A stretch of DNA of 64,000 nucleotides from NCBI GenBank assembly GCA_963793425.1, contig CAWCAG010000005.1, positions 768,001 through 832,000 on the forward strand, given 5' to 3'. The notes below the pieces were generated by a model. The model searched no databases and was not told the origin of the DNA. It saw only the letters and a list, made by a program, of their open reading frames with translations. Positions 36,676-46,952 of the stretch are shown piece after piece. Each line of letters opens with the position of its first letter. The first letter of the stretch is position 1. The translations under genes were made by a program, and so were the position numbers. The stretch is from an uncultured cyanobacterium (GTDB lineage: Bacteria > Cyanobacteriota > Cyanobacteriia > Cyanobacteriales > CAWCAG01).

Positions 36676-36858
36676 TAAGATTGATGGTTAAGGAAATTGC
36701 TGATGTTTAATCTTTTTACCATTCCCAGTACAGCTTTTCCACATCAAAGATGATTTCTTCCCTAACCCAGATACTTGATGTTGCTGAAGAGGAATTGGGT
36801 TTGGGGAATCTGGGGGGAAATCTACTGATTACTTTCTCCTGATCTTCTCACCGCCTAT

Positions 36859-37635
36859 CTATAACTGAGGAGGATAAGTTACTTCTTGAATTTGACCAAG
36901 TTTACCTAACTTCTTGGCTTTGTTTTGGTTATAAGCTACCAAAACCCCCCCGGCATTACCAGCAAGAAGAGTAATACTCTCTTGGGCTTCCCAGGTGTGC
37001 TTTTTACCCTCTTTAACTGTCCCCTCAAACTTGGTTTTGCCATCTGCTACTACCCGTAACCAAGATTGATCCTCAACTGTCACATCCAATGTCACTGGTT
37101 GGTTTTGAACATCTTCTGATTGTTTTTTGTCTAGTTTAGATAGTCCTGATGTTTTTTTTGTATGAGTATCCTTTTGCTTATACCTAGCTGCTTCTTTTTT
37201 CTCCGGCTTTTGGTTATCTGCTACAGCTTGGGAATAATCCATATAGTTAGATACACTACTAACTGTGCCAACTACCACAGCTACATAAAGAGCATACCAA
37301 TGAACAGGACGGATTCTTAGCTTAGGGAAACGTCCCAAAGAAGGCTTGAGGAACTGAAAGTTAGAATCTTCAGGAAAATCCTTAGCCATTTTAGTGCCAT
37401 TTAAACCCAAATGGTCGCCAAATTGCTTCAGCAATCCTTGAATATAAACTGATTCTGGTAATGCTGCTCTATTTCCTTCCTCAATTGCCCTCAGCAAACG
37501 TTCAGGAATCAAAGTTTTCCTGGCTACATCTTCTAAAGATAAAAACTTAGCCTCACGAGCCTGCTGTAGGCGAGAACCAAACTGCTTAAGCTTGTCAAGT
37601 TGTTCTTGGCAAAGATGAGCTTTATTCTCCTTCAT
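36859..37635 (-). CDS. rodZ: RodZ-type HTH-TM-DUF4115 cell shape protein
   Basis: LQQAREAK.LSLEDVA.KT.I..R.L.AIEEG...LPE.VY..G; one TM helix; SWLRVVADG and AGNAGGV. Confidence 0.85.
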   Translation of the reverse strand: MKENKAHLCQEQLDKLKQFGSRLQQAREAKFLSLEDVARKTLIPERLLRAIEEGNRAALPESVYIQGLLKQFGDHLGLNGTKMAKDFPEDSNFQFLKPSLGRFPKLRIRPVHWYALYVAVVVGTVSSVSNYMDYSQAVADNQKPEKKEAARYKQKDTHTKKTSGLSKLDKKQSEDVQNQPVTLDVTVEDQSWLRVVADGKTKFEGTVKEGKKHTWEAQESITLLAGNAGGVLVAYNQNKAKKLGKLGQIQEVTYPPQL

Positions 37636-38452
37636 ACATTAAATTCTCCTGGATGTCTTCTGGCGCTCTTGGTGATGTTAGATGCACTCTTTTTTGGAGA
37701 AAACGAATTTCAAATTCTTTAAGAAAACGATGGTTACCGCTAGACAAAATAGGTTCATTGTTATCTTGTAACCTAATTGGGCCAATTGCTGTGCGGTGAA
37801 GTTTAGTTACTTCAAACCCAAGTTGCTCAGCAACACGGCGAATCTGTCGGTTTCTCCCTTCAGTTAGGACTACTTCTAAAAGAGTTTTGTTACTTACTTG
37901 CTTGAGAATTTCTACCCTAGCGGGTAAAGTTTTTTTCCCAGCGAGAATAACACCCTTACGCCAAGTTGCCAATACTGATTCTGGAGGATGGGAATTTACC
38001 CAAACATGATAAGTTTTAGGCAAATGATAGCGGGGGTGAGTTAAGCATAAAGTTAATGCTCCGTCATTAGTTAGCAGTAATGCCCCTGTAGATTCTACAT
38101 CCAAACGTCCTACCGGATGAATGCCTTGTTCGCCCCTAAGCTTAGGGGGTAAAAAATCCAGTATAATAGGGCGATCTTGGGGGTCGCTACAAGTCGTTAC
38201 CACCCCGATAGGCTTGTTGAGCAGAAGGTAAACTGGTTGAGGGCGTTCAGCAAATTTGATGACTTTCCCGTCAACCTTAAGTTTATCTTTTCTCAAATCA
38301 GCTTTCTGCCCTAATTGAACTACCCGATCGTTAAGGTACACTCGCCCAGAGAGGATCATTTGCTCTGCTTGTCGTCGCGAAGCAATCCCCCACTGGGATA
38401 AAATTTTTTGTACCCTTTCTACTCTGGGTTTTTCTAGCATCTCTTGTTTCAC
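37622..38452 (-). CDS. rRNA pseudouridine synthase (RsuA/RluB family)
   Basis: S4 domain ERVQKILSQWGIASRRQAE; LNKP.GVV; HPVGRLD..STG.LLLTNDG; EGRNRQIRR. Confidence 0.93.
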   Translation of the reverse strand: MKQEMLEKPRVERVQKILSQWGIASRRQAEQMILSGRVYLNDRVVQLGQKADLRKDKLKVDGKVIKFAERPQPVYLLLNKPIGVVTTCSDPQDRPIILDFLPPKLRGEQGIHPVGRLDVESTGALLLTNDGALTLCLTHPRYHLPKTYHVWVNSHPPESVLATWRKGVILAGKKTLPARVEILKQVSNKTLLEVVLTEGRNRQIRRVAEQLGFEVTKLHRTAIGPIRLQDNNEPILSSGNHRFLKEFEIRFLQKRVHLTSPRAPEDIQENLMYEGE

Positions 38453-38681
38453 GCCATAAAGGGCGACTTGCCCTCATAATTTAGCTGAAGTTACTATTAA
38501 CACTATGTAAGAATATTACAAAATCTGAAGAAAAAAAACTAAGGGCTGGTAAAAATCACTCTGATTTGACCAAATAGCTAAAGTTTTGGGGATTTTCGAT
38601 TAGTGATTGGTATTTCTATAGTTGGTATTTTGTATTACATATAACTTCCTCATTATTCCCTAAGAAATTCCTATTGTTTAG

Positions 38682-39398
38682 ATGAAAAGCAAATCTTCCC
38701 AGTCTTTGATTAGCCAAGTTCTCTCTCCGGCTTTAAAACTATGGCTAGCAACTCAAGTAGAAGAAATAGCCAAATTACAAATTAATATTTCCGGGAGCAA
38801 TCGCCAAATTATAGGTGGTTACATTCCTAGAGTATCGCTAAAATGCGATCGCGCTATTTATCAAGGTTTGCACTTAAGCCAAGCTGAACTGCAGGGTGAG
38901 AATATTCGTATTAATATAGGTCAAGTTATTAAGGGTAAACCCCTTCAATTACTAGAACCGATAGTAGTTACAGGAAAAGTTCTACTAGAGGAAAAAGATT
39001 TACAAGCTTCTTTGTCAGCAAACTTACTATCTGCTGCTTTAGCCAATTTACTTCCCTTATTTATTGCTGCTAGTCAAGAGCAATCCTCAAAGAAATTGTG
39101 GAAGGATAAGAGACTTAACTGGCAGGAAATAAAAATAGATGCGGGGAAATTAACCCTAAGAGGCACTTGTCAGGACGCTGAAGCCAAAGAAATGCCTATT
39201 TCGCTGTGTACCGGCTTAGATTTGACAAGTCCTCATGAATTGTCCCTTAGCCCTATTTCAATTGAAACACCAGAATTGGACTGTATCAGTATTAATAACT
39301 ACAAAGTCGATTTGGGTGAACAAGTCCATCTTGAAGAATTAAAAGTAACTCCAGGTCAAGTTTTTTGTCGGGGAAGCTTGACGGTTATTAGTGACTAG
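38682..39398 (+). CDS. DUF2993 (LmeA-like) protein
   Basis: VLSPALKLWL.TQVE, G.IP.VSL....AIYQGLHL, INIGQV.KGKPL.LLEPI. Confidence 0.8.
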   Translation: MKSKSSQSLISQVLSPALKLWLATQVEEIAKLQINISGSNRQIIGGYIPRVSLKCDRAIYQGLHLSQAELQGENIRINIGQVIKGKPLQLLEPIVVTGKVLLEEKDLQASLSANLLSAALANLLPLFIAASQEQSSKKLWKDKRLNWQEIKIDAGKLTLRGTCQDAEAKEMPISLCTGLDLTSPHELSLSPISIETPELDCISINNYKVDLGEQVHLEELKVTPGQVFCRGSLTVISD

Positions 39399-39428
39399 CG
39401 GGGGGATTGGGGAGCTGGGTAGAAAAGA

Positions 39429-39869
39429 TCAGCCATTAGCCATAACTCGAATAAACTCTAAAGGCAAGCCATCAGCATCAGCAATAAAAGCAACTTCATA
39501 AATGCAAGCGCCGATCATTTGTTGATTCGGCTCCAGTAGTATTTTCAAAGGTTGGAACTGTTCGGGGTTAGTGTTTGCTGCTTGGCGAAAGCTAGCTTCT
39601 AACTCTCTAAGCCAATTTGGTAAACTCTCAACAACGTCGGTTAGATCAAAAGAAAGATGGTAATACCCGACATAATGCTCATCATTAAAGGCATCAGCAG
39701 CTGGTTTTGGTTCAGGAATTTGAATCAACTCAATTCTTCCACCTAAACCTTCTAGCCAACAAGCGAGGGTATAGCCTGTGGTAAAGCGTTCTCGAACAGT
39801 AAATCCCAACTGTTCATAAAATGTGATTCCTCGATTAATATCAGCAGTACGAATAGAAGCATGGTGCAT
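39429..39869 (-). CDS. VOC / glyoxalase family protein
   Basis: MHHASIRT.DI...I.FYEQLGF, RIELI, GYYHLSF, FIADADGLPLEF. Confidence 0.9.
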   Translation of the reverse strand: MHHASIRTADINRGITFYEQLGFTVRERFTTGYTLACWLEGLGGRIELIQIPEPKPAADAFNDEHYVGYYHLSFDLTDVVESLPNWLRELEASFRQAANTNPEQFQPLKILLEPNQQMIGACIYEVAFIADADGLPLEFIRVMANG

Positions 39870-39970
39870 TTTTTTAATTGCTAATTGCTAATTGCTAATC
39901 GGCAAGGGTTAAAGGTTAAGGGGGCAATACTTTTTTCCTAGCTGCCTGCTGCCCTCTCCCTGCTGCCTTC

Positions 39971-40480
39971 TTAATCAAATAAACGAAAATAAGGGTAGCG
40001 TACAGGAACTCCTGGTTCTTTTTCTAGATTAAAATTAATTACTTCCCAACAAGGATCTTCGTTAGGTTCTTCACTAAAGGTTACAGGCAGTCCATAAAGT
40101 TTAGGGGACTGGGCATCAGAATTACCCCGCCAAGGAGTACTGCGTTCTAAATAAGTGCTAACTAATTCTCGATAGCGATTAGCAATAATCACCTTAGTGG
40201 CCCTGTAGCCTTCTGTATAGAGTTTATCCAAAGCTTCGTGGATCTCAAAACGAATTCCATCGGGATGGGTATGTTGTCGATACCATTGTCCATCCCAAAG
40301 TCGCCAGTGACGACCAGACTGCAAATGAACAAGTTCGCCAGTTTTAGGATCTGCCTCAAAAGCACCGTGGCGCGGACAGAGATAGGTATCTGTGAGGGTC
40401 AAAGCGGGTATGGTTTGGCGACAGTGAGGGCATTTTATATCTGCGCCAAAGATAGGATACTGCAAACTTGCATTCATCAT
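39971..40480 (-). CDS. Conserved cyanobacterial Zn-ribbon protein (TIGR02652 family)
   Basis: YPIFG..I.CPHCRQTIPALTLTDTYLCPRHGAFEA...RQHTHPDGIRFEIHEALD. Confidence 0.85.
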   Translation of the reverse strand: MMNASLQYPIFGADIKCPHCRQTIPALTLTDTYLCPRHGAFEADPKTGELVHLQSGRHWRLWDGQWYRQHTHPDGIRFEIHEALDKLYTEGYRATKVIIANRYRELVSTYLERSTPWRGNSDAQSPKLYGLPVTFSEEPNEDPCWEVINFNLEKEPGVPVRYPYFRLFD

Positions 40481-40585
40481 TGTGGGCGTATAATCATTTT
40501 TGAGCTAGTACTAGTGGCAGTGGCTATATTATATCTGCTAAACTCTTTGGCAATTGGTGAGTATTTTATACCTTGAGCAGCGAAA

Positions 40586-41131
40586 GTGAGTAAAGAACTC
40601 AATATTTTCTCCTCTGTTCCCTATTGGCAGCCTCCGGATCTTTCCTTAGCTGCATTTGTTGCCCCCAACGCGGTAATAGTAGGGAATGTTTCTTTAGGTT
40701 TGGGTTCTAGTGTTTGGTACAGCGCAGTGGTTAGGGGAGACGTAGAAAGAATTGCCATTGGCGAATATACAAATATTCAAGATGGAGCTATTTTACATGG
40801 TGATCCTGGCAAACCTACGATTCTAGAAGAATACGTTACTGTAGGCCATAGGGCTGTAGTCCATTCAGCCCATATTGAAAAAGGCTGTCTTATTGGTATT
40901 GGAGCAGTAATTCTTGATGGGGTGAGAGTTGGTGCTGGTAGTTTAATAGGAGCAGGCTGTGTGGTGACGAAAAATGTTCTCCCCGGTTGTTTAATGGTAG
41001 GAGTTCCGGCGAGAAAAGCACGAGGATTGAAAGAGGAAGAAATTGCTGGTTTAGTTGAACACGCTAAACGCTATGAAAAGTTAGCTCTAGTCCACAGCGG
41101 CAAGGGAACAGATTTAGGATTTTACTGTTGA
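40586..41131 (+). CDS. Gamma carbonic anhydrase family hexapeptide-repeat protein
   Basis: VWYSAVVRGDV, TNIQDGAILH, VTVGHRAVVH (three His ligands). Confidence 0.92.
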   Translation: MSKELNIFSSVPYWQPPDLSLAAFVAPNAVIVGNVSLGLGSSVWYSAVVRGDVERIAIGEYTNIQDGAILHGDPGKPTILEEYVTVGHRAVVHSAHIEKGCLIGIGAVILDGVRVGAGSLIGAGCVVTKNVLPGCLMVGVPARKARGLKEEEIAGLVEHAKRYEKLALVHSGKGTDLGFYC

Positions 41132-41478
41132 TGTTCCGTTAGGCTAAAATCCCGAAACTGCCTAGCTTGTTGTTCTATACGATTAGCCAGACGATTTCCC
41201 ACTAGATGACACAACTCAAAAATTAGTGGATCTTCTACGCTATAGTAAGCGGATGTCCCTTCACTACGACGACTAAGAATTCCTGCTTGAAGCATAACTT
41301 TAAGGTGCTTGGAGACATTGGCTTGACTAGTTTGGGTAGCCTCTACTAAATCCTGAACGCACCTCTCACCATCCCTAAGTAAATTGAGAATGCGTAGGCG
41401 CATCGGCTCGCTTAGGACACTAAAATACTCAGCTATTTGCTGTACTACTTCTTGCGATACTGATTTTGCTAGTTCCAT
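41122..41478 (-). CDS. ArsR/SmtB family transcriptional regulator
   Basis: FSVLSEPMRLRILNLL..GE.CVQ.LV......QANVSKHLKV....G......G...YY. Confidence 0.92.
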   Translation of the reverse strand: MELAKSVSQEVVQQIAEYFSVLSEPMRLRILNLLRDGERCVQDLVEATQTSQANVSKHLKVMLQAGILSRRSEGTSAYYSVEDPLIFELCHLVGNRLANRIEQQARQFRDFSLTEHQQ

Positions 41479-41534
41479 TTAACTAACCAAAAGTAATTAA
41501 ACCCCAATTTTTTTGAATTCCATCAGTCATTGAG

Positions 41535-42026
41535 CTATGGCTCTGGATTCACTAACATTAGGGGTTGGCCGTACTCTACAGGTTCTCCATTTTCTACCAA
41601 AACTTCAACAATTTGCCCAGACACTTCTGCCTCAATTTCGTTCATCACCTTCATCGCTTCAATAATACAAACAATTTGTCCTTTAGTGATTTGGTCATTA
41701 ACTTCTACAAAGGCAGCTTCATCAGGGGTAGGAGAGCGATAGAAAGTTCCTACCACCGGAGAGGTAATTTCTTCCCATTTCCCCTCAGAGTTTGGAGTTT
41801 TAGGCTCACCGGAGCCGTTGTCAGGAAGATTAGGACGAGATGGAGGCGCAGGGTTAGGAGCGAAAGTTAAATTAGCATTTTCCTGAGTAGATATATTTCT
41901 GGGCATTGTGGGAATGCCCTTACGTACCGTTAGCTCAAAATCATCGCTTTTGAGAGTTAACTCCGCAATGTCAGTTTGAGCAATTGAACTCAAAAGTTCC
42001 CTAAGCTGATTAAAATCTATAGGCAC
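41535..42026 (-). CDS. accB: Acetyl-CoA carboxylase biotin carboxyl carrier protein
   Basis: SP.VGTFYRSP.P, IIEAMKVMNEI (biotinylated Lys), VEYGQPL. Confidence 0.96.
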   Translation of the reverse strand: MPIDFNQLRELLSSIAQTDIAELTLKSDDFELTVRKGIPTMPRNISTQENANLTFAPNPAPPSRPNLPDNGSGEPKTPNSEGKWEEITSPVVGTFYRSPTPDEAAFVEVNDQITKGQIVCIIEAMKVMNEIEAEVSGQIVEVLVENGEPVEYGQPLMLVNPEP

Positions 42027-42129
42027 AAATCATACATCCCAATTCGATTAAGTTAGTCATCTTTTGCTTATTACTAACCCATAACTTTTGACCAATGGCT
42101 CATTCATTCGGTGTCAACAATTCTTAAGA

Positions 42130-42687
42130 TTACTCTCTACCGAGATAAGAATCATTGCGGGTGTCAATTTTGATTCGTTCCCCTATGGAAATAAACAAAG
42201 GAACCATAACCTGCGCTCCGGTTTCTAGTGTAGCTGGTTTAGAACCGCCAGTGGCGGTATCGCCTTTAACACCAGGATCGGTTTGGGCTACCTCTAGGAC
42301 TACTGAGGTTGGTAATTCTACTTCCAAAACTTGCTCATCCCATTGCACTATGTTAACTTCCATACCTTCGGTAATGTATTTAACGCGATCGCCAATTTTA
42401 TCTGGGTTGAGACGAGTTTCTTCAAAAGTCTCCATATCCATAAAGACGAACTGATCACCATCTTTATAGGTATGTTGCATAGTCCGTTTTTCTAAGTTGG
42501 CTTGGGGTACAGTTTCCCCTGCTCGGAAGGTACGTTCGACAACGCTACCAGTTTGAGCATTTTTTAGTTTGGTTCGTACAAAGGCAGAGCCTTTACCTGG
42601 CTTGACGTGGAGAAATTCCACGACTCGCCATACTGCTCCATCCAACTCAATTGTTACGCCGGGTCTAAAATCGTTACTTGAAATCAT
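42130..42687 (-). CDS. efp: Elongation factor P
   Basis: [51 protein letters not shown] at 42687. Confidence 0.97.
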   Translation of the reverse strand: MISSNDFRPGVTIELDGAVWRVVEFLHVKPGKGSAFVRTKLKNAQTGSVVERTFRAGETVPQANLEKRTMQHTYKDGDQFVFMDMETFEETRLNPDKIGDRVKYITEGMEVNIVQWDEQVLEVELPTSVVLEVAQTDPGVKGDTATGGSKPATLETGAQVMVPLFISIGERIKIDTRNDSYLGRE

Positions 42688-42873
42688 GAAGCTTTTTCGC
42701 AAGCCTGAACAATCCAGGATTACATTTTACCCCCCCAGTGGCGATCTATCTAAAGAAGCTCGGAAAAATACCATAGTCGGTAAATACACAATGGGAGAGC
42801 GGTTGTCTACACTAGAGTACTAAAGGAGAATCTGTCAAGATAATGGTAGTTCAATAAAAAAGCAGCATTTCTT

Positions 42874-43173
42874 ATGAAAATTTCTGTAGAGTCCATTTAT
42901 AATTGGTATCGCAATACTTTACGCAATCCTAAGTATCGTTGGTGGGTAATTTTAGGCTCCTTAATGTATGTTTTAAGCCCTATTGATCTTGCCCCGGATT
43001 TTCTGCCTATCGCTGGATTCATTGATGATGGTGTAGTGTTAACCCTATTAATTACTGAGTTATATCAACTAGCCCTCGATTTCGCCAAAAATCGCCAAAA
43101 TGTTTCTCAAGCAACCGATGAGAAAGCTGGCGGCAAAGATGCAGTTGATGTTGATGCCATTCCCGTTGATTAG
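42874..43173 (+). CDS. YkvA / DUF1232 family membrane protein
   Basis: Y.LSPIDL.PDFLPI.G.IDD motif. Confidence 0.9.
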   Translation: MKISVESIYNWYRNTLRNPKYRWWVILGSLMYVLSPIDLAPDFLPIAGFIDDGVVLTLLITELYQLALDFAKNRQNVSQATDEKAGGKDAVDVDAIPVD

Positions 43174-43220
43174 TTAAGGAAGTAGGGAGTTGGGGAGCTA
43201 GGGGGCTAGGGAGACAACAA

Positions 43221-44762
43221 CTAGTTGTTGGTCATTAACAGCTTCAAAACTTTCCATAAATACTGAGATAAAGTATGAGCATCCACACCTAACTCACTAC
43301 GTTCCTTTGCAGCCATAATTCCGGCTTGAGCGTGCCACCAGGCTGCTGTAGCAACTATAGCTTCTAAAGGATAATCAGAGGTCATTTGCTGCGCTAACAG
43401 ACCTCCTAGCAAGCCTGTGAGGACATCTCCACTACCTCCCCTGGCCAAAGCAGGGGTACTTTGAGGAACGACCCAAACCCTACCGTTAGGATGGGAAATT
43501 ATAGTTTTCGCACCTTTTAATAAAATTACTGTACTGCTTTTTTGAGCAGCTTCTTGTACCGCTTTGATTCTATCTTGGTCAGAATTAGCTGCATCAGGAA
43601 ATAAGCGTTCAAATTCTCCTAAATGAGGAGTTAGTATAGTTGAGGATTTTCTGAGCTTTAAAACCTCCATCGTCCCCATTTGAGCAACAATATTCAAACC
43701 GTCAGCATCTAAAACTAAAGGAATTTCAGTCTTGAGTACTGTTTGCACAACAGAGGTGGCATCTTTGGTTAAACCAGGGCCACAAGCGATCAGATTAAAC
43801 TGACTTAAATCAGCAATTTCTGAAGGAAGTTCGGCGATCGCCCCGGTTTCATTTTCCGGACAACCAATAACTAAAGCTTCTGGTAAATGACTAACCAATA
43901 TAGGTTTAAGAGATTCCGGGACAGCGATAGACAGCATTCCTACACCACTAGTCCTTGCCCCCAATGCTGTTAAAATTGCCCCTCCACTATAACGACGAGA
44001 ACCACAAATCAAGAGTAAATGCCCTTGTTTATATTTGTGGGTAATTTGTGGTCTAGGCAAAGGAAAATATTTAGTAATGTTACTGGCTACAGCAAGTTGA
44101 ATCGGTGGCGGCTTCCCCAAAACTGACCAGACATTTTTAGCCGGAATACCAAAACTGATTAACTCTGCCTTACCGATATAATCTAAAGCTTGATCTTGAT
44201 AAAAAGCTAGCTTCCATAAACCTAAACATAAAGTATGGGTTGCTTTTACCGCCGTACCAAGAATTTTTCCTGTATCTGTATCAATACCTGAAGGTAAATC
44301 AATACTAACTACGGGTTGATTCCAAAAATTAAGTTGATTAATATCCTCTGCTAGTTTGCCAGAAATAGACCGAGTTAAGCCAAAACCAAACAGTCCATCA
44401 ATAATTAACTCACAGGTGTATAAAGCCTGAATCTGTTCAGAAGAAGGTATACCTAAACTCGCTGCGTAATTAGCATGACTTATTGTTAATTCCTTAAGCT
44501 TGCTGATAGGGCGATAGAGAAAAACTTGATAGCCGAGCAAATGTAGCTCTCTGGCCACAGCTAAAGCATCTCCTCCATTATGACCTGGGCCTACCAAAAC
44601 CCCAACGCGAGATACTTCAGAAAGAGGATAAAGTTCAATGACGCGAGTAACTATTAACCCCGAAACCTTCTCCATTAAAGCCGCCACGGGCATTCCCGCA
44701 TCAAAGATTTGCCCCTCGATTTGGCGCATTTGTTCGGCATTAACTACAACTTTATCGGTCAT
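43221..44762 (-). CDS. nnr: Bifunctional NAD(P)H-hydrate epimerase/dehydratase (YjeF)
   Basis: GPGHNGGDAL, DGLFGFGL, SIDLPSG, HKYKQG, GPGL, LDADGLN, LTPHLGEF.RL, LARGGSGDVLTG. Confidence 0.93.
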   Translation of the reverse strand: MTDKVVVNAEQMRQIEGQIFDAGMPVAALMEKVSGLIVTRVIELYPLSEVSRVGVLVGPGHNGGDALAVARELHLLGYQVFLYRPISKLKELTISHANYAASLGIPSSEQIQALYTCELIIDGLFGFGLTRSISGKLAEDINQLNFWNQPVVSIDLPSGIDTDTGKILGTAVKATHTLCLGLWKLAFYQDQALDYIGKAELISFGIPAKNVWSVLGKPPPIQLAVASNITKYFPLPRPQITHKYKQGHLLLICGSRRYSGGAILTALGARTSGVGMLSIAVPESLKPILVSHLPEALVIGCPENETGAIAELPSEIADLSQFNLIACGPGLTKDATSVVQTVLKTEIPLVLDADGLNIVAQMGTMEVLKLRKSSTILTPHLGEFERLFPDAANSDQDRIKAVQEAAQKSSTVILLKGAKTIISHPNGRVWVVPQSTPALARGGSGDVLTGLLGGLLAQQMTSDYPLEAIVATAAWWHAQAGIMAAKERSELGVDAHTLSQYLWKVLKLLMTNN

Positions 44763-44805
44763 AGATCTCAGTTATTACCTTGTCAATTATCTGTACTGTT
44801 GCCTT

Positions 44806-45729
44806 TTATTTATGGTACAAACGGGCATCCATACCAACCCAGTGAAAATAACTATTCCAGCGTTCTGCTAAAGACCGGGTAGCGAAGGGACCCACAGCAA
44901 CATGGGAACCGATAGGGCCTTGTTTTTGTCTAATGGAGCGTGAGTTTATCCCCGATTCTGCTACTTTAGCAGCAATCGTGGGTAAATCTTGGCGTGAGGC
45001 CGGAATAATTACAAAGTAACCTTTTTCCTCATTTCTTTGTTGAATATTGTTGCTGTTGTTGAGGACGGTGGGAGTTTCATTATTACTGGGGTTAACCTGG
45101 GGGACAGTGGGAGTTGTATCGTTGCTGGGGTTAACAGGGGGAGTTGGTTGAGGCTGACGATAAACTGGTGCGGGATAGCTAGTATTATTAGGTCTACTAA
45201 CAGCAACATCTACAGGTACAACCCTAGCCTGGAAACCTTGGCTTTCTAAAACTTCTACTCGGCGTTGGGCATTATATCTTTCTGAAAATAATCCTGCTTG
45301 AATTGTTCCTTCTTTACCTCGAATAAAAGCTTGTGGTTCAATATTTTGAATCTGAGTTAGCAAAAGTGAACTATCTCCTTCTACCTCAACTCGATAGTAA
45401 TCTGAATAAGTTGTACTAGGACTTGGTGTTGGAGTAGAGGGCCGACTATTAGGAAGAGGTATTGTAGGTACTTGATAGTCAGGCTCTTGGTTATTGTTTT
45501 CTGGTTTTGGGGTGATAGTTGGCGGTTGTTGAGGAGGAAAGTTAAGGTCGTTAGGGCCTGGGGGCAATTCTTCAATAATCAATGGAGGAGAAGGTGTATC
45601 TTGAGCTACACTGAAAGAAGAAGGAGCAATGAGTATATATCCTCCTAGAAGCATTGATAGCCAACTCAAGTAAATTCTCACTTGAGACATAGGTAAGGAA
45701 GTAAATTTCACTACTTTACTTTTATCCAT
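44806..45729 (-). CDS. Secreted Pro-rich protein with two SPOR-like domains
   Basis: Signal-like N-terminus; IQAGLFSERYNAQRRV..L...G and HVAVGPF..RSLAERW......GMDARLY; 13-aa internal duplication (PVNPSNDTTPTV / QVNPSNNETPTV). Confidence 0.7.
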   Translation of the reverse strand: MDKSKVVKFTSLPMSQVRIYLSWLSMLLGGYILIAPSSFSVAQDTPSPPLIIEELPPGPNDLNFPPQQPPTITPKPENNNQEPDYQVPTIPLPNSRPSTPTPSPSTTYSDYYRVEVEGDSSLLLTQIQNIEPQAFIRGKEGTIQAGLFSERYNAQRRVEVLESQGFQARVVPVDVAVSRPNNTSYPAPVYRQPQPTPPVNPSNDTTPTVPQVNPSNNETPTVLNNSNNIQQRNEEKGYFVIIPASRQDLPTIAAKVAESGINSRSIRQKQGPIGSHVAVGPFATRSLAERWNSYFHWVGMDARLYHK

Positions 45730-45864
45730 ATTCGTTACTTATTGCTATTTGCGATCGCAAGGTTATTGCTTATTTAGTATTAGGCTTGTCTGTGAATTTT
45801 AATCTTATTTAGATGTCAGGTTAAAAAAATTTAGTTCCTTAACAGCAGCAAAATTGATAATTCC

Positions 45865-46914
45865 ATGAAGAAAGTAGTAGTCGGACTCTCCGGCGGAGTA
45901 GATAGTTCTGTTGCAGCGGCTGTCCTCCATAACCAAAAATATGATGTAGTTGGTCTTACCCTTTGGTTAATGAAGGGTAAAGGGCAATGCTGTTCAGAAG
46001 GAATGGTTGATGCTGCTTTTATTTGTGAACAACTAGAAATTCCTCACCATATAGTTGACAGTCGAGAAGTTTTCCAAGCAAGTATAGTTGATTATTTGGT
46101 TTCTGGTTATGAAGCGGGGATTACCCCTTTACCTTGTTCTCAATGTAATCGGGCAGTTAAGTTTGGCCCCATGTTGAACTATGCTCAAAAAGAGTTGGGT
46201 ATTGACCGCATTGCTACTGGTCATTATGCCCGTATTCGCTACGATGAAAATAGTAAACGCTATCAGTTATTGAGGGCTGTTGATCGCAACAAAGACCAGT
46301 CTTATTTTCTTTACGATTTAACCCAAGAAATGTTAGCGGGAACCGTTTTTCCTTTAGGTGAACAAACTAAAGAAGAAACCCGACGTATTGCGAACCAGTT
46401 TAATTTAAAAACCGCTGACAAACCAGAAAGCCAAGACTTGTGCTTAATTGAGGCACATGGTTCCATGCAAAAATTCTTAGATCGCTACATTAACCAAAAA
46501 CAAGGAGATATTGTTGACCAAAAAGGTAATATCTTAGGGTATCACCAAGGAGTTCATCACTATACCATTGGGCAAAGGAAAGGTTTAGGTATTGCTGCGG
46601 CTGAGCCATTATATGTCCTTGCCTTGGATGCTGTTATGAATCGAGTTATCGTCGGCGATCGCGCTAGTGGAGGGCAAGAAGAATGTACAGTTAGTAGGAT
46701 GAATTGGGTTTCTCTAGCTCAACCAACTACTCCCTTTAAAACTCAAGTACAAATACGGTATCGTTCTTCTGCTGTTGCGGTTCAGGTTATTTCTTTAGAA
46801 AACTCTCGCCTCAAATTGGTATTTGACGAACCTCAGTTTGGTGTTACTCCCGGACAAGCGGCTGTGTTTTACGATGGGGAAATTCTTCTTGGTGGTGGCA
46901 TTATTGAAAAATAG
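45865..46914 (+). CDS. mnmA: tRNA 2-thiouridylase MnmA
   Basis: [61 protein letters not shown]. Confidence 0.96.
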   Translation: MKKVVVGLSGGVDSSVAAAVLHNQKYDVVGLTLWLMKGKGQCCSEGMVDAAFICEQLEIPHHIVDSREVFQASIVDYLVSGYEAGITPLPCSQCNRAVKFGPMLNYAQKELGIDRIATGHYARIRYDENSKRYQLLRAVDRNKDQSYFLYDLTQEMLAGTVFPLGEQTKEETRRIANQFNLKTADKPESQDLCLIEAHGSMQKFLDRYINQKQGDIVDQKGNILGYHQGVHHYTIGQRKGLGIAAAEPLYVLALDAVMNRVIVGDRASGGQEECTVSRMNWVSLAQPTTPFKTQVQIRYRSSAVAVQVISLENSRLKLVFDEPQFGVTPGQAAVFYDGEILLGGGIIEK

Positions 46915-46952
46915 AGGCAACTGAAATTTAAGAGTAATATTATAGAAAAACA

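Noticed and set aside
36727..36740. LexA-like box AGTACAGCTTTTCC upstream of ruvA
   Set aside because: Mismatch at a core G of RGTAC-N3-DGTWCB, and no matching box was seen before recN.
38506..38520. TGTAAGAATATTACA palindrome as an NtcA site
   Set aside because: Spacing is GTA-N7-TAC rather than N8; it could bind another factor, but there is no further support.
38625..38638. GTA-N8-TAC upstream of the DUF2993 gene
   Set aside because: Inner bases are poor and there is no TAN3T at the 22-nt spacing; expected by chance in AT-rich DNA.
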